DNA of 64,000 nucleotides from Escherichia coli (GTDB lineage Bacteria; Pseudomonadota; Gammaproteobacteria; Enterobacterales; Enterobacteriaceae): NCBI RefSeq assembly GCF_003018235.1, contig NZ_CP027437.1; one strand, 5' to 3'. Shown piece by piece: positions 53,506 to 64,000 of this stretch (position 1 is its first letter; each line of letters starts with the position of its first letter). The notes under the pieces were generated by a model. It saw only the letters and a program-made list of their open reading frames with translations, ran no database searches and was not told where the DNA came from. The position numbers and the translations under genes were made by a program.

Positions 53506-53706
53506 ATCGTTGCACAAAGGGCTACAACGTGAAACAAGCTGGAACAAGGAAAATCACAAACCTGTTTATAATCAAAAACATAATGAACAATCTGAAACAT
53601 TATGAAACGGCAAAAAACACTAATTGATAAAATATGTCCATACTTCACGCATTACGTTAAGCATCCGTTATAATCGGTTGCAGATACCAGCCTGTGGATG
53701 CTTAAC

Positions 53707-54828
53707 ATGGAATACCAACTCACTCTTAACTGGCCCGATTTTCTTGAACGTCACTGGCAGAAACGTCCGGTGGTGTTAAAACGCGGCTTTAATAATTTTA
53801 TTGACCCGATCTCTCCAGACGAGTTGGCGGGTCTGGCGATGGAAAGCGAAGTCGACAGTCGACTGGTCAGTCATCAGGATGGCAAATGGCAGGTCAGCCA
53901 CGGTCCATTCGAAAGCTACGATCATCTCGGTGAAACTAACTGGTCATTGTTAGTGCAAGCAGTGAACCACTGGCATGAACCGACCGCCGCGCTAATGCGA
54001 CCGTTCCGTGAACTACCGGACTGGCGTATTGATGATCTGATGATCTCTTTTTCTGTACCGGGCGGCGGCGTCGGCCCGCATCTCGATCAGTACGACGTGT
54101 TTATCATTCAGGGTACCGGTCGTCGTCGCTGGCGAGTGGGCGAAAAGCTACAAATGAAACAGCACTGCCCGCACCCGGATCTGTTACAGGTCGATCCGTT
54201 CGAAGCCATCATCGATGAAGAGCTGGAGCCTGGCGATATTCTTTATATTCCGCCAGGATTCCCGCATGAAGGCTACGCGCTGGAAAATGCGATGAACTAT
54301 TCCGTGGGTTTTCGCGCGCCAAATACGCGGGAACTGATTAGCGGATTTGCCGATTATGTGCTGCAACGTGAACTGGGCGGCAACTACTACAGCGATCCGG
54401 ATGTTCCACCTCGCGCTCATCCTGCGGACGTTCTGCCGCAAGAGATGGATAAACTGCGTGAGATGATGCTCGAATTGATCAACCAGCCGGAACACTTTAA
54501 GCAATGGTTTGGGGAGTTTATATCCCAGTCACGCCATGAACTGGATATCGCGCCGCCAGAGCCGCCTTATCAGCCGGATGAAATCTACGATGCGCTGAAA
54601 CAAGGTGAAGTGCTGGTGCGTCTGGGTGGTCTGCGCGTATTGCGCATTGGCGACGACGTGTATGCCAATGGTGAGAAGATCGATTCCCCACACCGTCCGG
54701 CACTGGATGCGCTCGCCAGCAACATTGCGCTGACCGCGGAGAATTTTGGTGATGCGCTGGAAGATCCGTCATTTCTCGCGATGCTTGCGGCACTAGTCAA
54801 TAGCGGGTATTGGTTCTTCGAAGGGTAA
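53707..54828 (+). CDS. roxA: Ribosomal oxygenase RoxA (YcfD, JmjC/cupin)
   Basis: ORF 53698..54828; ATG at 53707 gives MEYQLTLNWPDFLERHWQKRP... Confidence 0.9.
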   Translation: MEYQLTLNWPDFLERHWQKRPVVLKRGFNNFIDPISPDELAGLAMESEVDSRLVSHQDGKWQVSHGPFESYDHLGETNWSLLVQAVNHWHEPTAALMRPFRELPDWRIDDLMISFSVPGGGVGPHLDQYDVFIIQGTGRRRWRVGEKLQMKQHCPHPDLLQVDPFEAIIDEELEPGDILYIPPGFPHEGYALENAMNYSVGFRAPNTRELISGFADYVLQRELGGNYYSDPDVPPRAHPADVLPQEMDKLREMMLELINQPEHFKQWFGEFISQSRHELDIAPPEPPYQPDEIYDALKQGEVLVRLGGLRVLRIGDDVYANGEKIDSPHRPALDALASNIALTAENFGDALEDPSFLAMLAALVNSGYWFFEG

Positions 54829-54840
54829 GTTTGAAGTTAA

Positions 54841-54875
54841 GCCGGATGCGGCATCACATGCCGCATCCCTTTTCG
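54841..54875. terminator. Hairpin between convergent roxA and pepT
   Basis: gccggatgcggcat-cac-atgccgcatcc palindrome followed by a T-rich tract. Confidence 0.5.
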
Positions 54876-54876
54876 C

Positions 54877-56103
54877 TTACTTCCGTTGCGCCGTCAACTC
54901 GGCAATACGGACGATCACCTGCACCGCTTTTTCCATACCTTCCAGAGTCACAAACTCATGCTTACCATGATAGTTGTAACCGCCAGTGAACAGGTTCGGG
55001 CACGGTAATCCCATAAACGACAACTGCGCGCCGTCGGTACCGCCGCGGATCGGTTTCAGTTCCGGTTCAATATCGCAGTCACGCATCGCCTGCTGGGCGA
55101 TATCGAGAATATGCGGATGCTCAACCACTTTCTCGCGCATATTGTAGTAACTGTCTTCAATCACCAGTTCAATGTAGCAATCAGGGTGTAACCCTTTGCC
55201 CACTTTTTTGGCGATCTCCATCATTTTGCGTTTACGCGCTTCAAACTGCTTACGATCAAAATCACGAATGATGTAGTGCATATCGGCCCGTTCAACGGTG
55301 CCTTTCATGCTCGCCAGGTGATAGAAACCTTCATAGCCTTCTGTCATTTCCGGGCTTTCATCCGCCGGAACTTCCGCATGAATACGTGCCGCCAGCGACA
55401 GCGCATTTACCATCACTCCTTTCGCTGTGCCCGGGTGAACATTGTTACCGACAATTTTGATATTGACCGACGCGGCGTTGAAGTTTTCAAACTCCAGTTC
55501 GCCTACGCCACCACCATCAACGGTGTAAGCCCAGCGGGCATCGAAGGCGTCAACATCAAAATGTTTCGCCCCTTTGCCCACTTCTTCATCCGGGGTAAAG
55601 GCGACGCGAATATCACCATGCGGAATGTTTTTCTGTTGCAATACCGCCAGCGCGGTCATGATTTCTGCAATACCGGCTTTGTCATCGGCACCTAACAAGG
55701 TTTTACCATCGGTGGTAATCAGCGTCTGACCCAGTAGCTGATGCAGCACCGGGAACATAACCGGTGATAAAACTTCATCGCCGATACCCAGCGCAATATC
55801 GCCACCGCGATAGTTTTCAACAATTTGCGGATTCACATTTTTGCCGCTGCAATCCGGTGAGGTATCCACATGAGAAATAAAGCCAATCGCCGGGATATCG
55901 CCAGGGACGTTAGCCGGTAACGTCGCCATCAAAGTGCCCTTCTCACTTAAGGTCACATTGATAAGCCCCATCTCTTCGAGCTGCTCTTTCAGCAGATGCA
56001 ATAACTTCCATTGGCCTTCCGTGCTGGGAACCTGTCTCACCCCTGCCTTTGATTGGGTATCCAGAGACACGTAGTTCAAAAATCGCTCAAGTAGTTTATC
56101 CAT
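54877..56103 (-). CDS. pepT: Peptidase T (tripeptide aminopeptidase)
   Basis: ORF 54877..56145; ATG at 56103 gives [21 protein letters not shown]... Confidence 0.93.
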   Translation of the reverse strand: MDKLLERFLNYVSLDTQSKAGVRQVPSTEGQWKLLHLLKEQLEEMGLINVTLSEKGTLMATLPANVPGDIPAIGFISHVDTSPDCSGKNVNPQIVENYRGGDIALGIGDEVLSPVMFPVLHQLLGQTLITTDGKTLLGADDKAGIAEIMTALAVLQQKNIPHGDIRVAFTPDEEVGKGAKHFDVDAFDARWAYTVDGGGVGELEFENFNAASVNIKIVGNNVHPGTAKGVMVNALSLAARIHAEVPADESPEMTEGYEGFYHLASMKGTVERADMHYIIRDFDRKQFEARKRKMMEIAKKVGKGLHPDCYIELVIEDSYYNMREKVVEHPHILDIAQQAMRDCDIEPELKPIRGGTDGAQLSFMGLPCPNLFTGGYNYHGKHEFVTLEGMEKAVQVIVRIAELTAQRK

Positions 56104-56352
56104 GTAGTCACCCTCACTTTTTGTGACAACATTATTAAGAAGCAAGAAAAGACAAATATTGCGTCAGGTCACTTTTACCCCTGCAAGCGGGAATATTTAT
56201 CAGCATTACCTTAATGAATATAAAGCTAAGCCAGTAATTCACAACAAAGATTGGCGATTCAAGCGGTTTGCCGTAGAATTACCGCCCTCATTAAGAGTCA
56301 CCAAGGTGGTTAACCACAAACCCCGCATCGGTAAGCCATCCGTTGCGTTTAC

Positions 56353-57489
56353 ATGGGACAGAGTAAAAAATTGAATAAACAACCGAGTTCGCTTTCACCG
56401 CTGGTGCAATTGGCGGGAATTCGCAAATGCTTTGATGGTAAAGAGGTCATTCCCCAGCTGGATCTGACTATCAACAATGGCGAGTTCCTCACGCTGCTTG
56501 GCCCTTCTGGCTGCGGTAAAACAACCGTTCTTCGCCTGATTGCAGGTCTGGAAACTGTTGATTCCGGACGCATCATGCTGGATAACGAGGACATCACCCA
56601 AGTTCCGGCGGAAAACCGCTATGTGAACACTGTTTTCCAAAGCTACGCACTTTTCCCCCACATGACCGTGTTCGAAAATGTGGCCTTTGGGTTACGCATG
56701 CAAAAAACCCCCGCTGCTGAAATTACGCCCCGCGTGATGGAAGCCCTGCGGATGGTGCAGCTGGAAACCTTCGCTCAACGCAAACCGCATCAGCTCTCTG
56801 GTGGTCAACAGCAACGCGTCGCCATTGCCCGCGCGGTGGTTAACAAGCCTCGTCTGTTGTTGCTGGATGAGTCGCTCTCAGCGCTGGATTACAAACTGCG
56901 CAAGCAAATGCAGAACGAGCTGAAAGCGTTACAGCGTAAGCTTGGCATTACATTCGTCTTCGTGACTCACGACCAGGAAGAAGCACTCACCATGTCGGAC
57001 AGGATTGTGGTGATGCGCGATGGTCGCATTGAGCAAGACGGCACGCCGCGTGAAATCTATGAAGAGCCGAAAAACCTGTTTGTTGCTGGGTTTATTGGCG
57101 AAATCAATATGTTTAACGCCACTGTCATCGAACGTCTCGACGAGCAGCGCGTACGCGCCAACGTTGAAGGCCGCGAATGTAATATCTACGTTAACTTCGC
57201 CGTTGAACCGGGGCAAAAACTGCATGTTCTGCTGCGCCCGGAAGACTTACGTGTTGAAGAGATTAACGACGACAACCACGCTGAAGGGCTGATTGGTTAC
57301 GTTCGCGAGCGTAACTACAAAGGCATGACGCTGGAGTCGGTTGTTGAACTGGAAAATGGCAAGATGGTGATGGTCAGCGAATTCTTCAATGAAGACGATC
57401 CTGACTTTGACCACTCTCTCGACCAAAAAATGGCCATTAATTGGGTAGAAAGCTGGGAGGTCGTACTGGCTGATGAAGAACACAAGTAA
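56353..57489 (+). CDS. potA: Spermidine/putrescine ABC transporter ATPase
   Basis: 378-aa ORF with Walker [10 protein letters not shown] and ABC signature LSGGQQQR. Confidence 0.95.
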   Translation: MGQSKKLNKQPSSLSPLVQLAGIRKCFDGKEVIPQLDLTINNGEFLTLLGPSGCGKTTVLRLIAGLETVDSGRIMLDNEDITQVPAENRYVNTVFQSYALFPHMTVFENVAFGLRMQKTPAAEITPRVMEALRMVQLETFAQRKPHQLSGGQQQRVAIARAVVNKPRLLLLDESLSALDYKLRKQMQNELKALQRKLGITFVFVTHDQEEALTMSDRIVVMRDGRIEQDGTPREIYEEPKNLFVAGFIGEINMFNATVIERLDEQRVRANVEGRECNIYVNFAVEPGQKLHVLLRPEDLRVEEINDDNHAEGLIGYVRERNYKGMTLESVVELENGKMVMVSEFFNEDDPDFDHSLDQKMAINWVESWEVVLADEEHK

Positions 57490-58330
57490 GTTCCAGAATG
57501 TAGTGATTGTCACTATTGTCGGTTGGCTTGTGTTGTTTGTCTTTCTGCCCAACCTGATGATCATTGGCACCAGCTTTTTGACCCGCGACGACGCCAGTTT
57601 CGTCAAAATGGTCTTTACGCTGGATAACTACACGCGTCTGCTCGATCCGCTCTATTTTGAAGTGCTATTGCACTCGCTGAATATGGCGCTGATCGCCACC
57701 CTCGCCTGCCTGGTGCTGGGCTATCCTTTTGCCTGGTTTCTGGCGAAGCTGCCACACAAGGTGCGTCCGCTGCTGCTGTTTCTGCTGATTGTTCCGTTCT
57801 GGACCAACTCATTGATTCGTATCTACGGGCTGAAAATTTTCCTCAGCACCAAAGGCTATCTCAACGAGTTTTTGCTCTGGCTGGGCGTTATCGATACACC
57901 AATTCGCATCATGTTCACACCCAGTGCGGTGATTATCGGTCTGGTTTACATTCTGCTGCCGTTTATGGTGATGCCGCTGTACTCGAGTATCGAAAAACTG
58001 GATAAGCCGTTGCTGGAGGCGGCGCGCGATCTCGGTGCCAGCAAGTTGCAGACCTTTATCCGCATCATTATCCCACTGACGATGCCGGGAATTATTGCCG
58101 GATGTCTGCTGGTGATGCTGCCAGCGATGGGCCTGTTCTATGTGTCCGACCTGATGGGCGGTGCGAAAAACCTGCTGATCGGTAACGTCATCAAGGTACA
58201 GTTCCTCAATATTCGTGACTGGCCGTTTGGTGCAGCCACCAGCATTACGCTGACTATCGTAATGGGCCTGATGTTGCTGGTTTACTGGCGCGCTTCTCGT
58301 CTGCTGAACAAAAAGGTGGAACTCGAATGA
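57473..58330 (+). CDS. potB: Spermidine/putrescine ABC transporter permease
   Basis: Multi-TM permease ORF; alternative GTG start at 57503 would give the 275-aa form. Confidence 0.9.
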   Translation: MKNTSKFQNVVIVTIVGWLVLFVFLPNLMIIGTSFLTRDDASFVKMVFTLDNYTRLLDPLYFEVLLHSLNMALIATLACLVLGYPFAWFLAKLPHKVRPLLLFLLIVPFWTNSLIRIYGLKIFLSTKGYLNEFLLWLGVIDTPIRIMFTPSAVIIGLVYILLPFMVMPLYSSIEKLDKPLLEAARDLGASKLQTFIRIIIPLTMPGIIAGCLLVMLPAMGLFYVSDLMGGAKNLLIGNVIKVQFLNIRDWPFGAATSITLTIVMGLMLLVYWRASRLLNKKVELE

Positions 58331-59121
58331 TCGGTCGACTGCTTCGCGGCGGTTTTATGACCGCTATCTACGCGTACCTGTATATCCCAATCATTATTTT
58401 GATTGTGAACTCCTTTAACAGCTCGCGCTTTGGCATCAACTGGCAGGGTTTTACCACCAAATGGTATAGCCTGCTGATGAACAACGACAGCCTGTTACAG
58501 GCAGCGCAGCATTCACTAACAATGGCGGTGTTTTCGGCGACGTTTGCTACGCTTATCGGTTCACTGACGGCAGTTGCGCTGTACCGTTATCGCTTTCGTG
58601 GTAAGCCGTTCGTTAGCGGAATGCTGTTTGTGGTGATGATGTCACCAGATATCGTGATGGCGATTTCGCTGCTGGTGCTGTTTATGCTGCTGGGTATTCA
58701 GCTTGGCTTCTGGTCGCTGCTGTTCTCGCATATCACCTTCTGCCTGCCATTTGTGGTGGTGACAGTGTATTCGCGCCTGAAAGGTTTTGACGTGCGAATG
58801 CTGGAAGCGGCGAAAGATCTCGGTGCCAGCGAATTTACCATTCTGCGAAAAATCATTCTGCCACTGGCAATGCCAGCGGTAGCGGCGGGCTGGGTGTTAA
58901 GCTTTACCCTGTCGATGGACGATGTAGTAGTTTCTTCGTTCGTCACCGGACCAAGCTATGAAATTCTGCCGTTAAAAATTTATTCGATGGTCAAAGTCGG
59001 CGTATCGCCGGAAGTTAACGCGCTGGCAACCATATTACTGGTGCTGTCGCTGGTGATGGTAATTGCCAGCCAGCTTATTGCTCGTGATAAAACGAAAGGT
59101 AACACAGGGGACGTTAAATGA
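58327..59121 (+). CDS. potC: Spermidine/putrescine ABC transporter permease
   Basis: 264-aa permease; 4-nt overlap with potB. Confidence 0.95.
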   Translation: MIGRLLRGGFMTAIYAYLYIPIIILIVNSFNSSRFGINWQGFTTKWYSLLMNNDSLLQAAQHSLTMAVFSATFATLIGSLTAVALYRYRFRGKPFVSGMLFVVMMSPDIVMAISLLVLFMLLGIQLGFWSLLFSHITFCLPFVVVTVYSRLKGFDVRMLEAAKDLGASEFTILRKIILPLAMPAVAAGWVLSFTLSMDDVVVSSFVTGPSYEILPLKIYSMVKVGVSPEVNALATILLVLSLVMVIASQLIARDKTKGNTGDVK

Positions 59122-60164
59122 AAAAATGGTCACGCCACCTGCTCGCGGCGGGTGCTCTGGCACTGGGCATGAGCGCCGCTCACGCCGATGACAACAACAC
59201 GCTGTATTTTTACAACTGGACCGAGTACGTGCCACCAGGACTGCTTGAACAGTTCACCAAAGAAACCGGTATTAAGGTTATCTATTCGACTTACGAGTCG
59301 AACGAAACCATGTATGCCAAGCTGAAAACGTACAAAGACGGTGCCTATGACCTGGTGGTTCCTTCAACCTATTACGTCGATAAAATGCGTAAAGAAGGGA
59401 TGATCCAGAAGATTAACAAGTCGAAGTTAAGCAATTTCAGCAACCTCGATCCAGACATGCTCAATAAGCCGTTTGACCCGAATAACGACTACTCCATTCC
59501 GTATATCTGGGGTGCGACGGCGATTGGTGTTAATGGTGATGCGGTGGATCCCAAATCCGTTACCAGCTGGGCCGATCTGTGGAAGCCTGAGTACAAAGGC
59601 AGCCTGCTGCTGACCGACGATGCCCGTGAAGTGTTCCAGATGGCGCTGCGTAAGCTGGGCTACTCCGGTAACACCACCGATCCGAAAGAGATTGAAGCTG
59701 CATACAACGAGCTGAAAAAACTGATGCCAAACGTCGCGGCGTTTAACTCCGATAACCCGGCGAACCCGTATATGGAAGGCGAAGTTAACCTCGGCATGAT
59801 CTGGAACGGTTCTGCTTTCGTTGCACGCCAGGCGGGTACGCCAATTGATGTGGTGTGGCCGAAAGAAGGCGGCATTTTCTGGATGGACAGCCTGGCGATC
59901 CCGGCAAATGCCAAAAACAAAGAAGGCGCACTGAAATTGATCAACTTCCTGCTGCGCCCGGATGTGGCAAAACAGGTTGCTGAAACTATCGGTTATCCAA
60001 CGCCAAACCTTGCGGCGCGTAAGCTGTTAAGTCCGGAAGTGGCGAACGATAAAACGCTCTACCCGGATGCTGAAACCATTAAAAATGGTGAATGGCAGAA
60101 TGACGTTGGCGCAGCCAGCAGCATTTATGAAGAGTATTATCAGAAGCTGAAAGCAGGACGTTAA
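59118..60164 (+). CDS. potD: Spermidine/putrescine periplasmic binding protein
   Basis: 348-aa ORF with signal peptide. Confidence 0.95.
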   Translation: MKKWSRHLLAAGALALGMSAAHADDNNTLYFYNWTEYVPPGLLEQFTKETGIKVIYSTYESNETMYAKLKTYKDGAYDLVVPSTYYVDKMRKEGMIQKINKSKLSNFSNLDPDMLNKPFDPNNDYSIPYIWGATAIGVNGDAVDPKSVTSWADLWKPEYKGSLLLTDDAREVFQMALRKLGYSGNTTDPKEIEAAYNELKKLMPNVAAFNSDNPANPYMEGEVNLGMIWNGSAFVARQAGTPIDVVWPKEGGIFWMDSLAIPANAKNKEGALKLINFLLRPDVAKQVAETIGYPTPNLAARKLLSPEVANDKTLYPDAETIKNGEWQNDVGAASSIYEEYYQKLKAGR

Positions 60165-60172
60165 TTCAGCAA

Positions 60173-60202
60173 GCGGGCGGTGGTATTACCGCCCGTTTTT
60201 TA
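60173..60202 (+). terminator. Intrinsic terminator of the pot operon
   Basis: Stem gcgggcgg/ccgcccg followed by TTTTTTAT. Confidence 0.6.
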
Positions 60203-60221
60203 TTTAGCAAGGATGTGGCTA

Positions 60222-60683
60222 ATGAGTCAGGACAGTAAAGTTTTCTTTCGTATATTCCTCGGTATCGGTCTGGTACTGATCCTCATTTCTGTTGTTATCT
60301 TTTATAACCAGTTCACCTATAGCAAAGACGCGATTCATACTGAAGGCGTCATTGTTGATACCGTCTGGCACTCCAGTCATTCTCATCGCACGGGTAAAAA
60401 TGGTTCGTGGTATCCCGTCGTTGCCTTTCGACCGACGCCTGATTACACGCTAATTTTCAATTCGAGTATCGGCAGCGATTTTTATGAAGACAGCGAAGGC
60501 GATAAAGTTAATGTTTATTATTCTCCAGGGCATCCTGAAAAGGCTGAGATAAATAACCCGTGGGTTAATTTTTTTAAATGGGGGTTTATCGGCATTATGG
60601 GCGTTATTTTTATCGCCGTCGGTTTATTAATCAGTATGCCCTCCTCTAAAAAGTCACGCAGGAAACGGAAGTCCCGTCCATGA
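60222..60683 (+). CDS. ymfA: Inner-membrane protein YmfA
   Basis: ORF 60180..60683; ATG at 60222 gives [24 protein letters not shown]... Confidence 0.85.
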   Translation: MSQDSKVFFRIFLGIGLVLILISVVIFYNQFTYSKDAIHTEGVIVDTVWHSSHSHRTGKNGSWYPVVAFRPTPDYTLIFNSSIGSDFYEDSEGDKVNVYYSPGHPEKAEINNPWVNFFKWGFIGIMGVIFIAVGLLISMPSSKKSRRKRKSRP

Positions 60684-61465
60684 AAAAAATCATAATACTG
60701 CTCAGTTTACTGATACTGCTGCCTCTGACAGCAACCAGTAAGCCCTTAATCCCAATAATGAAGACACTTTTTACGGATGTTACAGGTACTGTACCGGATG
60801 CTGAGGAGATTGCGCGGAAAGCGGAGCTTTTTCGTCAACAAACCGGGATTGCGCCGTTTATCGTGGTTGTACCTGACGTTAATGAAGCAAGCTTCAGGCA
60901 AAATGGCAAAGCGATGCTGGCGCATGCGTCATCTTCATTGAGTGATGTAAAAGGCAGCGTCCTGTTACTTTTTACCACCCGCGAGCCACGGTTAATTATG
61001 ATAACCAACGGCCAGGTTGAAAGCGGTCTGGACGATAAACATCTCGGCCTTCTGGTAGAAAATCACACTCAGGCTTATTTACATGCGGACCTCTGGTATC
61101 AGGGAATCAATAATGCATTGGCTGTTTTACAAGCACAGATATTAAAACAACCGACGCCGCCACTGACATATTATCCGCATCCCGGACAACAGCAGGAGAA
61201 TGATCCTCCCGGCAGTACCACGATATTAGGTCTTTTTGCCTGGGCAGTTGCATTCATCGTCTTTACTGCATTTTTTTACTACACGACGCGCCTTAATTAT
61301 GCATTAAAGTTTGCAGTGGCGATGACTATTGCCAATATGGGTTATCAGGCTTTATGTTTGTACATCGATAATAGCTTTGCGATTACCAGAATATCGCCGC
61401 TCTGGGCAGGGCTGATTGGTGTCTGTACGTTTATTGCCGCGTTGTTATTGACGCGTAAACGGTAA
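60680..61465 (+). CDS. ycfZ: Inner-membrane protein YcfZ
   Basis: 261-aa ORF; synteny. Confidence 0.85.
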   Translation: MKKIIILLSLLILLPLTATSKPLIPIMKTLFTDVTGTVPDAEEIARKAELFRQQTGIAPFIVVVPDVNEASFRQNGKAMLAHASSSLSDVKGSVLLLFTTREPRLIMITNGQVESGLDDKHLGLLVENHTQAYLHADLWYQGINNALAVLQAQILKQPTPPLTYYPHPGQQQENDPPGSTTILGLFAWAVAFIVFTAFFYYTTRLNYALKFAVAMTIANMGYQALCLYIDNSFAITRISPLWAGLIGVCTFIAALLLTRKR

Positions 61466-61492
61466 AAGAGGCAGTAAAGTGTGCGTCTATTA

Positions 61493-61588
61493 TGCCGGAG
61501 GCGGCGTAAACGCCTTATCCGGCCCACAAACCCGCAAATTCAATTAATTGCGTCCCCTTGTAGGCCTGATAAGCGTAGCACATCAGGC
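61493..61588. repeat. REP elements (BIME) between ycfZ and cobB
   Basis: gccggaggcggcgtaaacgccttatccggc and gtaggcctgataagcgtagcacatcaggc palindromic units. Confidence 0.6.
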
Positions 61589-61601
61589 AATTCTTCCCGC
61601 T

Positions 61602-62423
61602 TTATAAGCCCTTCAGCAACTTTTCAACAAACTCTGGCACCACCTGGCTTGCCGGGCCGTAATATTTCTCGGCAAATTCATTACCGACCTGGCTTGGTTC
61701 AAGATTCAGCTCCACGGTGTGCGCGCCATGCAGTTTCGCTTCGTGAACAAACCCAGCTGCCGGATAAACATGCCCGGAAGTACCAATGGCAATGAAAATA
61801 TCGGCCATCGACAACGCCATATAAATTTCATCCATGCCGAGTGGCATTTCGCCAAACCAAACGACGTGCGGGCGCAAGGGTGCCGGGAACTGGCAACAAT
61901 GGCATTTATCTTCTGGCGTAACGTCTCCGGTCCAGTCGAGAACCTGACCACTTTGCGAACAGCGAACTTTCAGCAGTTCCCCATGCATATGAATGACATT
62001 GGTATTACCTGCGCGTTCATGCAGGTTGTCGATATTCTGCGTCACCAGCAAAAAGCGATCGCCGAGGGCGTCTTGCAGTTTAGCCAGCGCAAGATGCGCG
62101 GCGTTAGGCTGAATTTCTGGCTGCTGCAGCTGTCGGCGACGGGCGTTATAAAACGCTTGCACCAGTTCAGGATCGCGATCGAAACCTTCCGGCGTTGCCA
62201 CATCTTCAACCCGATGTTCTTCCCACAGGCCATCTGCGGCGCGAAAGGTACGAATACCTGATTCCGCAGAAATCCCTGCCCCTGTCAGTACGAGTACTCT
62301 TGGTTTTTCCATTGCTTCCGGCACCACTTTATCTCTGAAAAAAATACGCTGACGCAAACGCTCGCGCAGACGGCGTTTATTTTTACGAAAACGACTTAAC
62401 CGATGACCCCGACGCGACAGCAT
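61602..62423 (-). CDS. cobB: NAD-dependent protein deacylase (sirtuin) CobB
   Basis: 273-aa ORF with sirtuin motifs [14 protein letters not shown] and zinc-binding CxxC pairs. Confidence 0.9.
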   Translation of the reverse strand: MLSRRGHRLSRFRKNKRRLRERLRQRIFFRDKVVPEAMEKPRVLVLTGAGISAESGIRTFRAADGLWEEHRVEDVATPEGFDRDPELVQAFYNARRRQLQQPEIQPNAAHLALAKLQDALGDRFLLVTQNIDNLHERAGNTNVIHMHGELLKVRCSQSGQVLDWTGDVTPEDKCHCCQFPAPLRPHVVWFGEMPLGMDEIYMALSMADIFIAIGTSGHVYPAAGFVHEAKLHGAHTVELNLEPSQVGNEFAEKYYGPASQVVPEFVEKLLKGL

Positions 62424-62438
62424 AGCAACCTCTGTTGT

Positions 62439-63350
62439 TTAATCGGTTAAATGTAGGAAGGCCGCACCACGCATTCCTCCCGCATCACCGTGGCGCGCGC
62501 GTTCAATGCGCGGAACACGAGCTACAGGTAAGAGATGACGAGGCAGCCTGTCCGCCAGTTGCGTTGTGATTGCCGGGAAATTCGATAAGCCACCACCAAT
62601 GACGACCAAGTCAGGGTCAACAATGGTCAGGATATTTCCCAGACAAACCGCTAATAAATCCAGATAACGCTCAACGTGCGCCCTTGCCTGCTCATCACCT
62701 TGATCATAAAGCGCAATAATTTCGGGAGCCTGCAACGGTTGATGATAATAGTGTTGATACAGCCACGCAAAACCGCGACCAGACAGATAATTTTCAATGC
62801 AGCCATGCTGACCACAGCCGCAGCGGCGTAACGGGAAATCCAGCCCCATCATGGTTAACGCATCAACCGGCAGACGCATATGACCAAACTCGCCGGTAAT
62901 ATAGCTTTTACCGGTAATTGGTTTACCGTTGAAAATCAGCCCGCCGCCAACGCCGGTGCCGAGAATCAACCCCATCACCAGTGGATATTGAGTAAATTCA
63001 TCATCCCAGGCTTCTGAAAGGGCAAAACAGTTGGCATCGTTATCAAGGCGGACATCGCGATCAAGACGTGCGCTCAGGTCGGCACGCAGCGGTTTACCGC
63101 TGGCAGCGGGGACATTGGCGGCATACAGCGTACCATCTTCTGTTTCCGGCATTCCCGGAATACCGATGCCGACAGAACCTTTACAGCCAAAACGCTTATC
63201 GGCTTCAGCCACCAGCTCGCACACTGCATCTAAAAATGCGTCATAGCTGTCACGCGGTGTCGGCACCCGCTTTTCCCACTGCAACTGCCGACCGCTATCA
63301 AACACGCCAAGCGCAATTTTCGTTCCACCAATATCAAACCCGTAATACAT
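62439..63350 (-). CDS. nagK: N-acetyl-D-glucosamine kinase
   Basis: ORF 62439..63410; ATG at 63350 gives [18 protein letters not shown]... (ROK family). Confidence 0.9.
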   Translation of the reverse strand: MYYGFDIGGTKIALGVFDSGRQLQWEKRVPTPRDSYDAFLDAVCELVAEADKRFGCKGSVGIGIPGMPETEDGTLYAANVPAASGKPLRADLSARLDRDVRLDNDANCFALSEAWDDEFTQYPLVMGLILGTGVGGGLIFNGKPITGKSYITGEFGHMRLPVDALTMMGLDFPLRRCGCGQHGCIENYLSGRGFAWLYQHYYHQPLQAPEIIALYDQGDEQARAHVERYLDLLAVCLGNILTIVDPDLVVIGGGLSNFPAITTQLADRLPRHLLPVARVPRIERARHGDAGGMRGAAFLHLTD

Positions 63351-63378
63351 TGCCGCTCCTTGTTTTAATGTACTGCCT

Positions 63379-64000
<622 letters not shown>

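Larger units (their letters stand above)
42033..53624. mobile_element. Integrase-bearing phage-satellite / PICI-like genomic island inserted between phoQ and roxA (boundaries approximate)
   Basis: About 11.6 kb absent from the recalled K-12 phoQ-roxA junction; bounded by direct repeats (14-mer with one mismatch at 42018..42032 and 53625..53639; 21-mer at 42111..42131 and 53485..53505); contains int, alpA-like, replication, SSB and capsid genes. Confidence 0.7.

Noticed and set aside
42033-53624. Classical P4 satellite or complete lambdoid prophage
   Set aside because: No sid/delta/psu-like genes and no P4-alpha-sized primase; no terminase, portal, tail or lysis genes; only an integrase, replication genes and a capsid plus decoration pair

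Overview
This window is an Escherichia coli-type chromosomal segment. No database search was possible: gene names come from recalled E. coli K-12 protein sequences, and coordinates from the supplied ORF track plus manual reading of start codons. The backbone is collinear, in reverse orientation, with the K-12 interval lolE-nagK-cobB-ycfZ-ymfA-potDCBA-pepT-roxA-phoQP-purB-hflD-mnmA-nudJ-rluE-icd-iraM-ycgX-bluR-bluF-ycgZ-ymgA-ariR-ymgC-pdeG-ymgF-ymgD-ymgG-minEDC-ycgJ-pliG-ycgL-ycgM-ycgN-hlyE-umuDC-dsbB-nhaB-fadR-ycgB-dadAX. The accessory content is where the interest lies. (1) An ~11.6-kb integrase-bearing island sits between phoQ and roxA (about 42.0-53.6 kb). It carries an AlpA-like gene, a divergent small regulator with palindromic operators, a RecA-fold replication protein, an SSB, a PerC-like regulator and an orphan lambda gpE/gpD-like capsid and decoration pair, but no terminase, portal, protease or tail genes. 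This is the best candidate for an undescribed phage-satellite-like system. (2) A ~1.5-kb cassette is inserted in the 5' end of rluE, flanked by an 11-bp direct repeat and supplying a replacement N-terminus. It carries a signal-peptide micro-ORF and a translationally coupled small membrane protein plus acidic 111-aa protein. (3) iraM is flanked by two copies of the icd terminator region, and no e14 prophage is present. (4) Two full-length autotransporter genes occupy the positions where, as I recall, K-12 has the ycgI and ycgH pseudogenes; one has a hexanucleotide Pro-Asn repeat linker. (5) A 5'-truncated effector-type leucine-rich-repeat gene lies at the window start, where K-12 would have cvrA. 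No rRNA, tRNA or CRISPR array was recognised.
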